A DNA stretch of 59,914 bases, counting the filler. It is 5 parts of 5 records of this genome, joined end to end, with 100 filler letters (N's around TTAATTAATTAA, not from the genome) between each part and the next. Parts side by side here need not be neighbours in the genome. Positions count along the whole stretch, not along the records: positions 1 to 14,102 come from SRR20825006_2256; positions 14,203 to 38,878 come from SRR20825006_2258; 3 more parts are not named here. The stretch is one strand, 5' to 3'. Each line of letters begins with the position of its first letter. Position 1 is the first letter of the stretch. This document shows positions 10,735 through 20,457 of the stretch, piece by piece. The translations under genes were made by a program, and so were the position numbers. The notes below the pieces were generated by a model that was given only the letters and a program-made list of their open reading frames with translations, was not told where the DNA came from and did not search any database.

Positions 10735-11164
10735 TCATAGCAATATGAGGAATTCCATCTTCTAAGTAGCGATCGCCAACAGTTTTAAAACCGTGGCTTT
10801 CATAAAAGATAACCAAATAAGTTTGAGCAGATATCTTTATTTTATCAGCTTTAAAATTGGTTTTAATCGCTTCAACAGCTGCTTTGGTAATTTCGTGTCC
10901 ATACCCAAATTTTCTATAGTTTTCGCGTACTAAAACTCTTCCAATTGCTGCTTCATCAAAATAATCGCCTGGCTTAAAGCAGCGTGCATACGCAATTAGA
11001 TTATCGTCTTCATAGCCCATAATATGTAAAGATCTTTCATCTTTACCATCAATATCTTGATAAACGCAGTCTTGTTCTACCACAAAAACTTCGCTTCGCA
11101 ATTGTAAAATATTGTATAATTCTTTACTAGTTAACGCTTCAAATGTTTTAATATCAATTCTCAT
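10724..11164 (-). CDS. elaA: GNAT acetyltransferase, ElaA family
   Basis: LRSEVFVVEQDCVYQDIDGKD, IGRV, SAQTYL and YLEDGIPH motifs; start MRIDIK at 11164. Confidence 0.9.
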   Translation of the reverse strand: MRIDIKTFEALTSKELYNILQLRSEVFVVEQDCVYQDIDGKDERSLHIMGYEDDNLIAYARCFKPGDYFDEAAIGRVLVRENYRKFGYGHEITKAAVEAIKTNFKADKIKISAQTYLVIFYESHGFKTVGDRYLEDGIPHIAMIKA

Positions 11165-11178
11165 AGCTTTTCTTAAAA

Positions 11179-12096
11179 TCAATCTTGCACAATAATATCT
11201 TTTGGGTCGTCTTTTTGATGTTCTGGTTGAATGGTAACATGATTTATTCCGAAGTCATTATAAAGTAATTCTTCAACTTTTGTAAGAACCATATCAAATT
11301 CTGAAAGGGTAACGTCTTCATAAAAATCTAAGTGTGCTTCTAAATGCATTTCTTGTTCATTAAGCATCCAAATATGCATATGATGCACGTTTTTAATTTC
11401 AGGAAATTCACAAATTGCTTTGTTAATTACTTCCAAATTAAGGTTATCTGGAGTAAAAAGCATTAATATTTTATAGGAACTTTTCAATAAACTATAACCC
11501 ATAAAAATTAAATAGAGTGCAATTAGCATTGTTAAAAAGCTATCTACCCAAAACCAATTAAAATATTTCATCAATAAACCGCCAATTAAAACGGCTACTG
11601 AAGCTGCCATATCTGTAAACAAATGTAAATATGCAGAACGCATGTTTATGTTCCCTTTTGCTTCTTTTGAAAGCAATAAAACACTAAAACCATTTGCAAT
11701 TATACCTAATATTGCGAGCCAAATAACTAAATTACTTTCTATAATTTGTGGATTATTAAAACGAATTATAGCTTCGTAAATAAGGTAGATAGCAACAACA
11801 ATTAGCGTGGCAGAATTAACAAAAGCAGCAATTATTTCGGCGCGTTTGTAGCCAAAAGTTTTTTCAACTGAAGCGTCTTTTTTTGAATATCTATCAGCAA
11901 TATAACTAACAACTAATGAAAGCACGTCGCTAAAATTATGAAGTGCATCTGAAAGTAATGCCAAACTTCCTGAAACCAGCCCACCAACAACTTGCGCAAC
12001 GGTAATAATACTGTTTAAAAGAATAGAAAGTAAAAGCTTCTTTCCTTTTAAATCAGGATTAAAAAGGGTGTCGGAAGTTCCGTGGCTATGTGACAT
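11179..12096 (-). CDS. Cation diffusion facilitator (CzcD/ZitB-like Zn/Co/Cd efflux)
   Basis: SLALLSDALHNFSD, TFGYKRAE, HLFTD, HVTIQPE; His-containing N-terminus. Confidence 0.93.
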   Translation of the reverse strand: MSHSHGTSDTLFNPDLKGKKLLLSILLNSIITVAQVVGGLVSGSLALLSDALHNFSDVLSLVVSYIADRYSKKDASVEKTFGYKRAEIIAAFVNSATLIVVAIYLIYEAIIRFNNPQIIESNLVIWLAILGIIANGFSVLLLSKEAKGNINMRSAYLHLFTDMAASVAVLIGGLLMKYFNWFWVDSFLTMLIALYLIFMGYSLLKSSYKILMLFTPDNLNLEVINKAICEFPEIKNVHHMHIWMLNEQEMHLEAHLDFYEDVTLSEFDMVLTKVEELLYNDFGINHVTIQPEHQKDDPKDIIVQD

Positions 12097-12105
12097 TTTA
12101 AACGT

Positions 12106-12537
12106 TTATGAACACGCAATTTTTTGAACCCGATTTTGATGACGTCCTCCTTCAAATTCTGTGTTTAAAAAAGCTTGTACCATTGCTACAGCCTGCTGTT
12201 TGCTGGTATAACGTGCTGGAATGCTTAAAATATTAGCATCATTATGTTGACGCGCTAATTCAGTAATTTCTTTTGTCCAACAAAGTGCTGATCGTACTTT
12301 TTGGTGTTTGTTAGCGGTCATATTTGCACCATTTCCACTTCCGCAGATTATAATTCCTAGGGTTACTGTGCCGTTTTCTACATCGTTAGCAACAGGATGT
12401 ACAAAATCTGGATAATCAACACTTGCTTCACTATCGGTTCCGTGGTTAATAACTGTGTGTCCTTCTTTTTCTAAATAGGAAACAATTTCAAATTTATATT
12501 CCGTCCCTGCGTGATCGTTACCAATGGAAATTTTCAT
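12106..12537 (-). CDS. rpiB: Ribose-5-phosphate isomerase B
   Basis: GNDHAG, VDYPDF, ICGSGNG, ARQHNDAN and FEGGRHQNRV motifs. Confidence 0.97.
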   Translation of the reverse strand: MKISIGNDHAGTEYKFEIVSYLEKEGHTVINHGTDSEASVDYPDFVHPVANDVENGTVTLGIIICGSGNGANMTANKHQKVRSALCWTKEITELARQHNDANILSIPARYTSKQQAVAMVQAFLNTEFEGGRHQNRVQKIACS

Positions 12538-12551
12538 AATCTTATTTTTTT

Positions 12552-12559
12552 CAAAGATA
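12552..12559 (-). promoter_or_regulatory. Bacteroidetes sigma-A -7 element for rpiB
   Basis: TATCTTTG on the minus strand matches TAnnTTTG, 14 nt upstream of the ATG. Confidence 0.6.
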
Positions 12560-12659
12560 AAACATCATCGTTTTATTTAAAGCGAATTACATTAATAATT
12601 ATGTAAGCTTTTATATTTATTAGAGACTGAGGGTCAAATGATAACCTTTTCTTAACGGT

Positions 12660-13160
12660 TAGAACATATTTTAGTTAACAACATTGTTGATATTTGTTTA
12701 CGGAAATACTACAACTAAAATTGCATGTGTGAAGATTATTTACAATAGGTTTAAAATTATTCAACTTCCAAAAATTTAAACCTTTTTTTACATACTATTT
12801 GTTATCAAAAATTCTTCTGTTTCAAACAAAATTCTTCTAAAAACTTATAAGATTTCGGTTATAAAAATAGGTTATTCACAGTTGTTAACTAAATACATTA
12901 CTTCATTATTTCAAAGGCATTTAAATATTAAATATATGTTAATAACCTTTTATTAAGTAGCGATAAATTGATTTCAAAACAAAATTTCAAAAAGTTATAC
13001 TACATATTAACACCCTATAATCATCACCATTTTTTATTTTAAATTTAAGAAAAAAAGAAATGATGTATATATATATGTTGATAACATAAAATGGTAGTTG
13101 AAGTTGAATTTTTAAAAAAAGAAGCTTTTAGATTTTTAAAAAGGTATTTAAAATTTTAAA
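12660..13160. other. Candidate chromosomal replication origin (oriC)
   Basis: ORF-free AT-rich region with DnaA-box-like 9-mers: TTATTCACA 12872, TTATTTACA 12736, ATATTAACA 13004, and reverse-oriented TGTTGATAT 12685, TGTTAATAA 12937, TGTTGATAA 13076; box-CCC-trinucleotide repeat-AT-tract at 12995-13060. Confidence 0.7.
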
Positions 13161-13268
13161 AGTGATTTGTAGCAGTTTTAACTCCGTACACAAGGGTACT
13201 AAATCTTTCATAATGTAAACACGTCATTCTTTGAGAAGTAGTACTTTTACATTAATTACAAAATAACT

Positions 13269-14102
13269 ATGCCAAGACATAAACGAAAAAAGAAAATTAA
13301 TAAAATTGAAAATCTTTCCCAAACTATATTAAACATTCTTCGGAAAGACCATTCACAAGCTTTTAACTACAAGCAAATTGCTGCAAAACTACAATTGGAT
13401 GATCCAAGCAGCAGAAACCAAATTATAAAAAAATTGAAAGACCTTCAAGGCAAAGCTACCATTCAAGAAATTGAACGTGGTAAATATATACTTACACCAT
13501 CACAAAATTATTATACCGGAAAAGTTGATATAGCAGGCCGTGGCCAAGGGTATATAATTGTTGAAGATTTAGAGGAGGATATTTATGTGAAAAGTAAAAA
13601 CTTAAACAAAGCCTTAAATGGCGATATTGTTGAAGTATATGTATTTAAACGTAAAAAAGGAGGAAAAACAGAAGGTGAAGTTACTAAAATTATAGAGCGT
13701 AAACGCACAGAATTTGTAGGTACCATTCAAGTGCAAGAAAATTTTGCTTTTGTAGATGTTACTGACTATAAAATGTATACCGATATTTTTGTTCCGAAGA
13801 ATAAAATAAATGGTGCTAAAAATGGTGAAAAAGTATTGGTTGCAATGGAAGATTGGCCTGAAAAAGCGGATTCTCCCTTTGGAAGTGTTCTAAAAGTACT
13901 TGGAATGCCAGGGGAACATAATACCGAAATTCACTCCATTCTTGCGCAGTACGGATTGCCGTATGATTTTCCGAAAGAAGTTGAAGATTATGCAAATAAT
14001 ATTGATACTTCAATAAAAGCTTCCGAAATAAAAAAACGTCGCGATATGCGTGATGTTTTAACTTTTACAATCGATCCTAAAGATGCAAAAGATTTTGATG
14101 AT
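13269..14102 (+). CDS. rnr: Ribonuclease R, 3'-truncated at contig end
   Basis: N-terminal HTH and cold-shock domains; RNB start TFTIDPKDAKDFDD; runs into the linker. Confidence 0.96.
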
Positions 14103-14202
14103 NNNNNNNNNNNNNNNNNNNNNNNNNNNNNNNNNNNNNNNNNNNNTTAATTAATTAANNNNNNNNNNNNNNNNNNNNNNNNNNNNNNNNNNNNNNNNNN
14201 NN
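14103..14202. other. Artificial contig linker
   Basis: N44-TTAATTAATTAA-N44; the core has stops in all six frames. Confidence 0.99.
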
Positions 14203-14203
14203 G

Positions 14204-14506
14204 CGTAGTTTTGGATATTTCTTCGGAAGAGACAAAAAAGTGCGTGTAAATACTATTTCTCAATCACCAACACCTACTACTGCCGGTCAAGGGGTTAAAG
14301 GATTTGATGGTTTCATCGCTTATGCAGATAAAATGAGTCCGTTAGGTAATGCAACCGCTCAGGATTGTGCAGACTATACGGTAAGTTTATTTTCAGACTT
14401 GACTAAAAAAGTTACACTTCAGAACTTATTCCACGATGGTGGATTTAGTAATATGGGAGTTAGTGACGCTGTTATGGAAGCTTTTGTTGAAAAAGAAGAG
14501 CAATAA
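14204..14506 (+). CDS. fabI: Enoyl-ACP reductase FabI, C-terminal fragment
   Basis: Frame open from contig start: RSFGYFFG...VRVNTISQSPTPTTAG...VTLQNLFHDGGFS. Confidence 0.9.
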   Translation, partial: RSFGYFFGRDKKVRVNTISQSPTPTTAGQGVKGFDGFIAYADKMSPLGNATAQDCADYTVSLFSDLTKKVTLQNLFHDGGFSNMGVSDAVMEAFVEKEEQ

Positions 14507-14531
14507 TAGCTTAACTAAGTAAGAAATTAAG

Positions 14532-14566
14532 ATGTCCGTAAGTCCTTGACTTCGGGCATTTTTTTT
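14532..14566 (+). terminator. Rho-independent terminator after fabI
   Basis: ATGTCCG-TAAGTC/GACTT-CGGGCAT hairpin followed by a T-run. Confidence 0.75.
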
Positions 14567-14603
14567 AAAAGGGAATTGCACTTTGAAGTTTTAATTGATT
14601 CAG

Positions 14604-15602
14604 ATGAATGTACATTTTTCAATTATTGTACCTGTTTATAACAGACCGCAAGAAGTTTACGAACTTCTTGAAAGTTTGAAACATCAGGAATATAACAAAC
14701 CTTATGAGATTGTTATAGTCGAAGATGGTTCCACCGAAACTTCAGAGGCCATCGTTAAGCAATTTTCTGAACTCAATTGCAGTTATTTCTTTAAAGAGAA
14801 TTCCGGTCCCGGGGCGTCGAGAAACTACGGAATGCAACGTGCACAAGGCAATTATTTTTTAATCTTAGATAGTGACTGTGTGTTGCCGTCAGAGTATTTA
14901 AAGGCTGTTGAAACCGGATTAGAAGCAAAATTCACTGACTTTTTTGGTGGACCAGATGCTGCGCATCGTGATTTTACTAATCTGCAAAAAGCGATTAATT
15001 ATGCGATGACTTCATTGCTTACCACCGGTGGCATTAGAGGCAGAAAGGAAGCGTCTAAAAAGTTTGAGCCGCGCAGCTTTAATATGGGTATTTCTAAAAA
15101 AGCTTTTGAAGCCTCTCAAGGTTTTGGCACCATTCACCCTGGTGAAGATCCTGACCTCACCCTTAGGTTGTGGAAGTTAGGTTTTGAATCTCAATTGCTC
15201 TCTGATGCCTATGTGTATCATAAGCGCCGTATTTCTTGGTCTAAGTTTTATACGCAGGTAAAAAAGTTTGGCACCGTGAGACCCATATTGACGCAGTGGC
15301 ATCCAGAATCGGCACGAGTGACGTTTTGGTTTCCCAGTTTTTTTGTGCTGGGTTTGGTCGTTGCAATCCTTTTTGCATTAGCTGATATCGGCTTGCCTAT
15401 ATTGATGTATGCATTCTATTTTGCAGCCATTGCGATTCACGCTTCAATTGTCAATAAAAGTATTTTGATCGGGCTGTTGAGCGTGTGGGCAGTTTTGGTT
15501 CAGTTTGCCGGCTACGGAAAAGCTTTTTTAGTATCGAAGATAAAAATCGGTTGGTTTAAAAAGGACCCGCGTACAGAATATCCTCATTTATTTTTTGAGT
15601 AA
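14604..15602 (+). CDS. Glycosyltransferase family 2
   Basis: FSIIVPVYNRP, NSGPGASRN, LDSD (DxD), GEDPDL; C-terminal TMs. Confidence 0.92.
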   Translation: MNVHFSIIVPVYNRPQEVYELLESLKHQEYNKPYEIVIVEDGSTETSEAIVKQFSELNCSYFFKENSGPGASRNYGMQRAQGNYFLILDSDCVLPSEYLKAVETGLEAKFTDFFGGPDAAHRDFTNLQKAINYAMTSLLTTGGIRGRKEASKKFEPRSFNMGISKKAFEASQGFGTIHPGEDPDLTLRLWKLGFESQLLSDAYVYHKRRISWSKFYTQVKKFGTVRPILTQWHPESARVTFWFPSFFVLGLVVAILFALADIGLPILMYAFYFAAIAIHASIVNKSILIGLLSVWAVLVQFAGYGKAFLVSKIKIGWFKKDPRTEYPHLFFE

Positions 15603-15623
15603 TTTTGAATCAAAAGCCTTGCG

Positions 15624-16568
15624 ATGTCAGATAAAAAGAAGAAAAATAAAAATTCTAACCTAAGGGTTTTTCTTACCATTTTATTGGTAGTGGCTACGAT
15701 TTCTGTGATGATCAAACTCAACCGAAACTTTAGTTTTTCGGTTAAAGTGCCGCTGACTTTTCAAAACTTAAGTGAGGATCAGATTCTTAAATCGGCCTCT
15801 GCAAATGAGGTCAAAGTGACTGGCAAAGCAAGCGGTTATGACTACTTTAAGTACCGATTTTTCTCTCAGCAATTTCCTATAGATCTTTCTCAACTTCAGA
15901 AAGCAAAAGGCAAATCTTTCTATGTTTTCAACCCGGAAGACGATGCGTTACAAGGCAGTTTGACCGGAAGCGATATAACAGCGTTTCAGCCCGATACCGT
16001 ATTTTTTGATTTGGATCGAAATTATGAAAAGCAAGTTGCTGTGATTCCGGATTATCAAGTGGATTTTGCGGCAGGGTACGGTAGTCTTGAAGGTTTTAAA
16101 ATTAAACCCGACACGGTCACAATACGCGGGCCGCAGTCTGAGGTTGATACCATTACGCGTGTGTACACTGATGCGGTGCGTTTTGAAGAAGTGCGCAATT
16201 CGGTGGCAGATAGTTTAAACCTGCGTTTTGCCTCAAACATTCCAATGGTAGAAATTCAGCCTAAAAAAGTGCTGTACTCGCTTTCGGTTGATAAGTTTAC
16301 TGAAGGTAGCGTTTCAGTTCCCCTTCAGCTAATAAACGTTCCGGCTAATGTTACTGCAAAAGTGTTTCCGAAGCGTATAAATGTGATCTTTAATGTGAAT
16401 CTGAGTAACTACGAACTGGTTAAGTCTTCAGACTTTAAGGTGGTGGTAGATTTTGATCAGGTAGATGATTCTTCAACTTCTTTGACACCCGAGGTAAAAG
16501 AAGCCCCCGTTTATGTGCGTGATATTCGTTTGAGCGAAAGCACGGTGCAATATTTATTAGTAAAATAA
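15624..16568 (+). CDS. YbbR-like/CdaR domain protein
   Basis: N-terminal TM; PDTVTIRGP repeat-type motif; lies between GT2 and coaE. Confidence 0.75.
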   Translation: MSDKKKKNKNSNLRVFLTILLVVATISVMIKLNRNFSFSVKVPLTFQNLSEDQILKSASANEVKVTGKASGYDYFKYRFFSQQFPIDLSQLQKAKGKSFYVFNPEDDALQGSLTGSDITAFQPDTVFFDLDRNYEKQVAVIPDYQVDFAAGYGSLEGFKIKPDTVTIRGPQSEVDTITRVYTDAVRFEEVRNSVADSLNLRFASNIPMVEIQPKKVLYSLSVDKFTEGSVSVPLQLINVPANVTAKVFPKRINVIFNVNLSNYELVKSSDFKVVVDFDQVDDSSTSLTPEVKEAPVYVRDIRLSESTVQYLLVK

Positions 16569-16569
16569 A

Positions 16570-17163
16570 ATGAAAACAGTAGGAATAACCGGTGGAATAG
16601 GAAGCGGTAAAAGCACGATTGCTTCTTTTTTTAATTCTGAATTTAATATTCCGGTGTATTATGCTGATGCCGAAGCCAAGGCTTTAATGCACACCGAAGC
16701 ACTCAAGGAAAAAATCATATCACTCTTTGGTGCTGAAGCTTATCAAGATCATAAACTCAATAGAAAATTCATTTCAGCGTTGGTTTTTAAAGATGAGCAC
16801 TTACTAGAGCAACTTAATAAAATTGTTCATCCTGCAGTAGGAGAACATTTTAAACAATGGAAAGAGGCGCAACACGCACCATATGTGCTCAAAGAAGCAG
16901 CAATTCTTTTTGAAAATGGTACTGCGCAATCCTGCGATGCCATAATCCTCATAACTGCTCCGGAAGAAGTGCGTATTCAACGTGTTTTAAGAAGAGATGA
17001 AACTTCTGTAGCGGCGATCAAAGACCGCATGAATAAGCAGTGGCCAGATGCTAAAAAGATTCCTTTGGCAGACTTTTTGATTGAGAACATAGACCTCGAA
17101 GAATCGAAAAAACAGGCAAGAGAAATACATCTTCAACTCTTGGGAGACCGCGTAAACACATAG
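16570..17163 (+). CDS. coaE: Dephospho-CoA kinase
   Basis: VGITGGIGSGKST P-loop; LNKIVHPAV; EAAILFE. Confidence 0.97.
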   Translation: MKTVGITGGIGSGKSTIASFFNSEFNIPVYYADAEAKALMHTEALKEKIISLFGAEAYQDHKLNRKFISALVFKDEHLLEQLNKIVHPAVGEHFKQWKEAQHAPYVLKEAAILFENGTAQSCDAIILITAPEEVRIQRVLRRDETSVAAIKDRMNKQWPDAKKIPLADFLIENIDLEESKKQAREIHLQLLGDRVNT

Positions 17164-17171
17164 CTTATTCT

Positions 17172-17224
17172 TGTTAACATTTGGTTAAACCACCAAAGTC
17201 CTAAATGTTAAAATCATACATTTG
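17172..17224 (+). promoter_or_regulatory. Promoter of the two-component operon: GTTAA direct repeats plus -7 element
   Basis: GTTAA at 17173, 17184 and 17207; TACATTTG (TAnnTTTG) at 17217-17224. Confidence 0.5.
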
Positions 17225-17228
17225 GGCT

Positions 17229-18800
17229 ATGAATAAAAATCTATTTGTACTCCTCGTTGTGCTGATGAGCTTGTCTCTTATAGGCATCATATTTGTGCAG
17301 GGTTACTGGATCTCAAATAGTATTGAAGCAAAACGTGGTCAATTTGCTTTTAGTGCCAAACAAGTACTCAAAGAAGTTGCTCGGGATATACAAATGAAAG
17401 AGGTAAACACCTGGTATAATCCTGTACTGCGTATGCGCGATAGCTTAGGAGTGCCTGACGATGTGAGTTTGTACGATCTGATCTATAAACAAGACGATTC
17501 GCTATCTAACGAATCGTATATTTTTAGAAACAGCATTGTTGAGCAAGATTATAAGCTGAGTGCGCCGGTTTTAGATTATGAGGTAGACAGCATCAAATTT
17601 AAACGCTACTTGCAGCGACAGTACACACAGATCATTGATAAGAATGACCTTGACCGTTCTGAAGTTGATCGTACCACGGTGCTGACCAGAATGTCTGATC
17701 TTAGCGAGATTGAACGCTACAATATAGAGCAAGCGGTGATGTATATCACGCGGAAGATTCCTATTCATAAACGTGTTGAAGAAGCAGATTTGCAGCGTTT
17801 ATTAACGATGGAATTGGCCGAGCGTGATATGGATACCAATTTTGAATATGCGGTATACAGTAACAATTTAGTTACCAGCGTGCGCTCAAAAGATTTTGAT
17901 TTGCAATCTCCGGAGCAAAACTTCAGCGTACCACTCTTTACTGATGTGGAAGGAAATAGTGATTACCAATTGGTTGCTAATTTTCCCGGAGAGAAGAAAT
18001 TTGTTGTTTCTTCAGTAATAGGAATGGGAGGTTTGAGTATTCTGTTTACGTTGATCATTGTCATCGCTTACAGTAGTGCCTTACAGCAATTGGTAAAGCA
18101 ACGTCAAATTTCAGAAATCAAGACCGATTTCATCAACAATATGACGCACGAGTTTAAAACGCCTATTGCAACGATCAACCTTGCTCTAGACGCTATAAAA
18201 AACCCAAAAATCAGCAGTAACCCTGAGGCCTTGACGCGCTATATGGGTATGATCAGAGAAGAAAATAAGCGAATGCACGCGCAGGTCGAAAATGTATTGC
18301 GCATCTCTAAGCTTGAGAAAAATGAGCTTGATATTAAGAAGGAACGCTTAAATCTTCACGATATCATCGAGGATGCGATTACGCATATTGAGTTGATTGT
18401 AGAAGACCGTCAAGGATATATCAATACGCATTTAGGAGCGGTGAAAACTTCAGTGTTGGCAAACGAGTCGCACTTTACAAATGTGCTAGTAAACATTTTA
18501 GATAATGCGGTTAAGTATTCTACAGATATTCCCAAGATAGATGTATATACAGAGAACTTAAAAACGTTTATTCTGATTAAAATTAAAGATCAGGGTGATG
18601 GAATGACCAAACAAGTTCAGAAAAAAATATTTGACAAGTTTTATCGCGAGCATACCGGCGATATTCATAATGTAAAAGGACACGGCCTTGGTCTGGCTTA
18701 TGCAAAACGTATCGTGGAGGATCACGCAGGTGAGATCTGGGTACAAAGCGATAAGGGCAAAGGCAGTACATTCATAATTAAATTACCACTAATATCTTAA
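17229..18800 (+). CDS. rprX: Sensor histidine kinase (RprX-like)
   Basis: Two TMs; H-box FINNMTHEFKTP; N-box NILDNAVKY; G-boxes DQGDG and GHGLGL; start MNKNLF at 17229. Confidence 0.9.
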   Translation: MNKNLFVLLVVLMSLSLIGIIFVQGYWISNSIEAKRGQFAFSAKQVLKEVARDIQMKEVNTWYNPVLRMRDSLGVPDDVSLYDLIYKQDDSLSNESYIFRNSIVEQDYKLSAPVLDYEVDSIKFKRYLQRQYTQIIDKNDLDRSEVDRTTVLTRMSDLSEIERYNIEQAVMYITRKIPIHKRVEEADLQRLLTMELAERDMDTNFEYAVYSNNLVTSVRSKDFDLQSPEQNFSVPLFTDVEGNSDYQLVANFPGEKKFVVSSVIGMGGLSILFTLIIVIAYSSALQQLVKQRQISEIKTDFINNMTHEFKTPIATINLALDAIKNPKISSNPEALTRYMGMIREENKRMHAQVENVLRISKLEKNELDIKKERLNLHDIIEDAITHIELIVEDRQGYINTHLGAVKTSVLANESHFTNVLVNILDNAVKYSTDIPKIDVYTENLKTFILIKIKDQGDGMTKQVQKKIFDKFYREHTGDIHNVKGHGLGLAYAKRIVEDHAGEIWVQSDKGKGSTFIIKLPLIS

Positions 18801-18804
18801 ACAT

Positions 18805-19521
18805 ATGGAAACTGAAAACAAAAAAATCCTACTCGTAGAAGACGATCCAAACTTCGGGACGGTGTTGAAAGATTATCTTTCAATGAATGATTATGACGTA
18901 ACGCATGCCAAAAATGGTATGGAAGGTTTTGAGAAGTTTAAAAAAGACGACTTTGATCTTTGTATTCTTGACGTAATGATGCCCTATAAAGATGGCTTTA
19001 CTTTAGCTAAAGAAATACGTGAGAAAAACGAGGATGTGCCTATTATTTTCTTAACCGCAAAAGCGATGAAAGAAGATGTGCTTAAAGGGTACAAAGTAGG
19101 TGCAGATGACTATTTGAACAAGCCATTTGACAGTGAAGTATTGCTTATGAAGATTAAAGCGATTATGCTGCGCAAGGCTACAGATTCTGTTGCAGATAGT
19201 AAGCAATTTGAATTTCAGATCGGAAATTTCTTTCTGAATTCTAAACTGCGCTTTTTAACCTATAAAGACGAAGAGCCTAATAAACTTTCTCCCAAAGAAA
19301 ACGAATTATTACGTCTTTTAGCCTTGCACGAAAATGATTTGATGCCCCGTGAATTGGCACTTACGAAAATATGGCGAGATGATAACTATTTTACTTCTCG
19401 TAGTATGGATGTGTACATCGCTAAACTGCGTAAATATCTTAAACGTGATGATACGGTAGAAATACTTAACATTCACGGAGAAGGTTTCCGTTTGGTTGTA
19501 AAAACCGAAGAAGAAAAATAA
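18805..19521 (+). CDS. rprY: OmpR-family response regulator (RprY-like)
   Basis: ILLVEDD, LDVMMP, ADDYLNKPF; winged helix RSMDVYIAKLRK. Confidence 0.92.
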   Translation: METENKKILLVEDDPNFGTVLKDYLSMNDYDVTHAKNGMEGFEKFKKDDFDLCILDVMMPYKDGFTLAKEIREKNEDVPIIFLTAKAMKEDVLKGYKVGADDYLNKPFDSEVLLMKIKAIMLRKATDSVADSKQFEFQIGNFFLNSKLRFLTYKDEEPNKLSPKENELLRLLALHENDLMPRELALTKIWRDDNYFTSRSMDVYIAKLRKYLKRDDTVEILNIHGEGFRLVVKTEEEK

Positions 19522-19548
19522 ATACTAGTGGTAAAGAAAGTGCCTCTG

Positions 19549-20457
19549 CTAAAGAGGCACTTTTTCTTTTATCCTTTGTATAATTTCTTCAAAAGGTATG
19601 TTGTAGTCAAACCAGACAATCGTCTCATCTTTGCGGTACCAAGTCAGTTGGCGTTTAGCAAACCTTCTGGTATTCTTTTTTATTTCTTCAATGGCAGTAT
19701 TTAGGTCAGATTCTTCTGCAAAATAGCTGAACAATTCCCGGTATCCCACCGTTTGTAAAGCATTCAGTTCGCGCTTAGCATATAAGCCTTGAGCTTCCTC
19801 AATCAAGCCTTTTTCAATCATTACATCTACACGCTTGTTGATGCGGTCATAAATAAGTTGACGCGCTGCATTAAGGCCGATTTTTAAAGTGTTAAAAGGT
19901 CTTTGAACAGTATTTCTTGCTAAAAATGAGGAATATGGTTTTCCTGTACCCAAACAAATTTCAAGCGCCCGAATAAGGCGTTGCTTATTGTGTAGATCAA
20001 TTCTTTGATAATGTTCAGGGTCTAAAGTTTGAAGTTGGTTTTGTAAGCTTTCAATACCTTCAGATTCTAAACGTTGGGTAAGTGTGCTTCGGATTTCTGG
20101 ATCAACATCAGGAAATTTGTCTAAACCATTGATAACAGCATCTACATAAAGTCCTGAGCCGCCTACCATAATTACCACGTCGTGTTCTGTAAAAAGTGCT
20201 TCGATCTTGGCAAGTGCTTCCTGTTCAAAAAGCCCCACATTATATTCTTCTTCAACCGAAATATGCTGAATAAAATGGTGTTTGGCTGCTGATAGTTCGT
20301 TTTCATCAGGTACAGCCGTACCTATACTCATTTCTTTAAAAAACTGCCTGGAATCTGCCGAAATGATTTCCGTGTCAAAATGATTTGCAAGCTTTATTCC
20401 TAAGGCTGTTTTACCAATAGCAGTAGGCCCTACCACAGCAATAAGTAGTTTATTCAT
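19549..20457 (-). CDS. miaA: tRNA dimethylallyltransferase
   Basis: GPTAIGKT, ISADSRQ, GGSGLY, NTRRFAKRQLTW. Confidence 0.97.
   Translation of the reverse strand: MNKLLIAVVGPTAIGKTALGIKLANHFDTEIISADSRQFFKEMSIGTAVPDENELSAAKHHFIQHISVEEEYNVGLFEQEALAKIEALFTEHDVVIMVGGSGLYVDAVINGLDKFPDVDPEIRSTLTQRLESEGIESLQNQLQTLDPEHYQRIDLHNKQRLIRALEICLGTGKPYSSFLARNTVQRPFNTLKIGLNAARQLIYDRINKRVDVMIEKGLIEEAQGLYAKRELNALQTVGYRELFSYFAEESDLNTAIEEIKKNTRRFAKRQLTWYRKDETIVWFDYNIPFEEIIQRIKEKVPL

Noticed and set aside
14147-14158. TTAATTAATTAA recurring four times, as a biological repeat
   Set aside because: Always centred in 100-bp N blocks; it is a synthetic linker with stops in all frames
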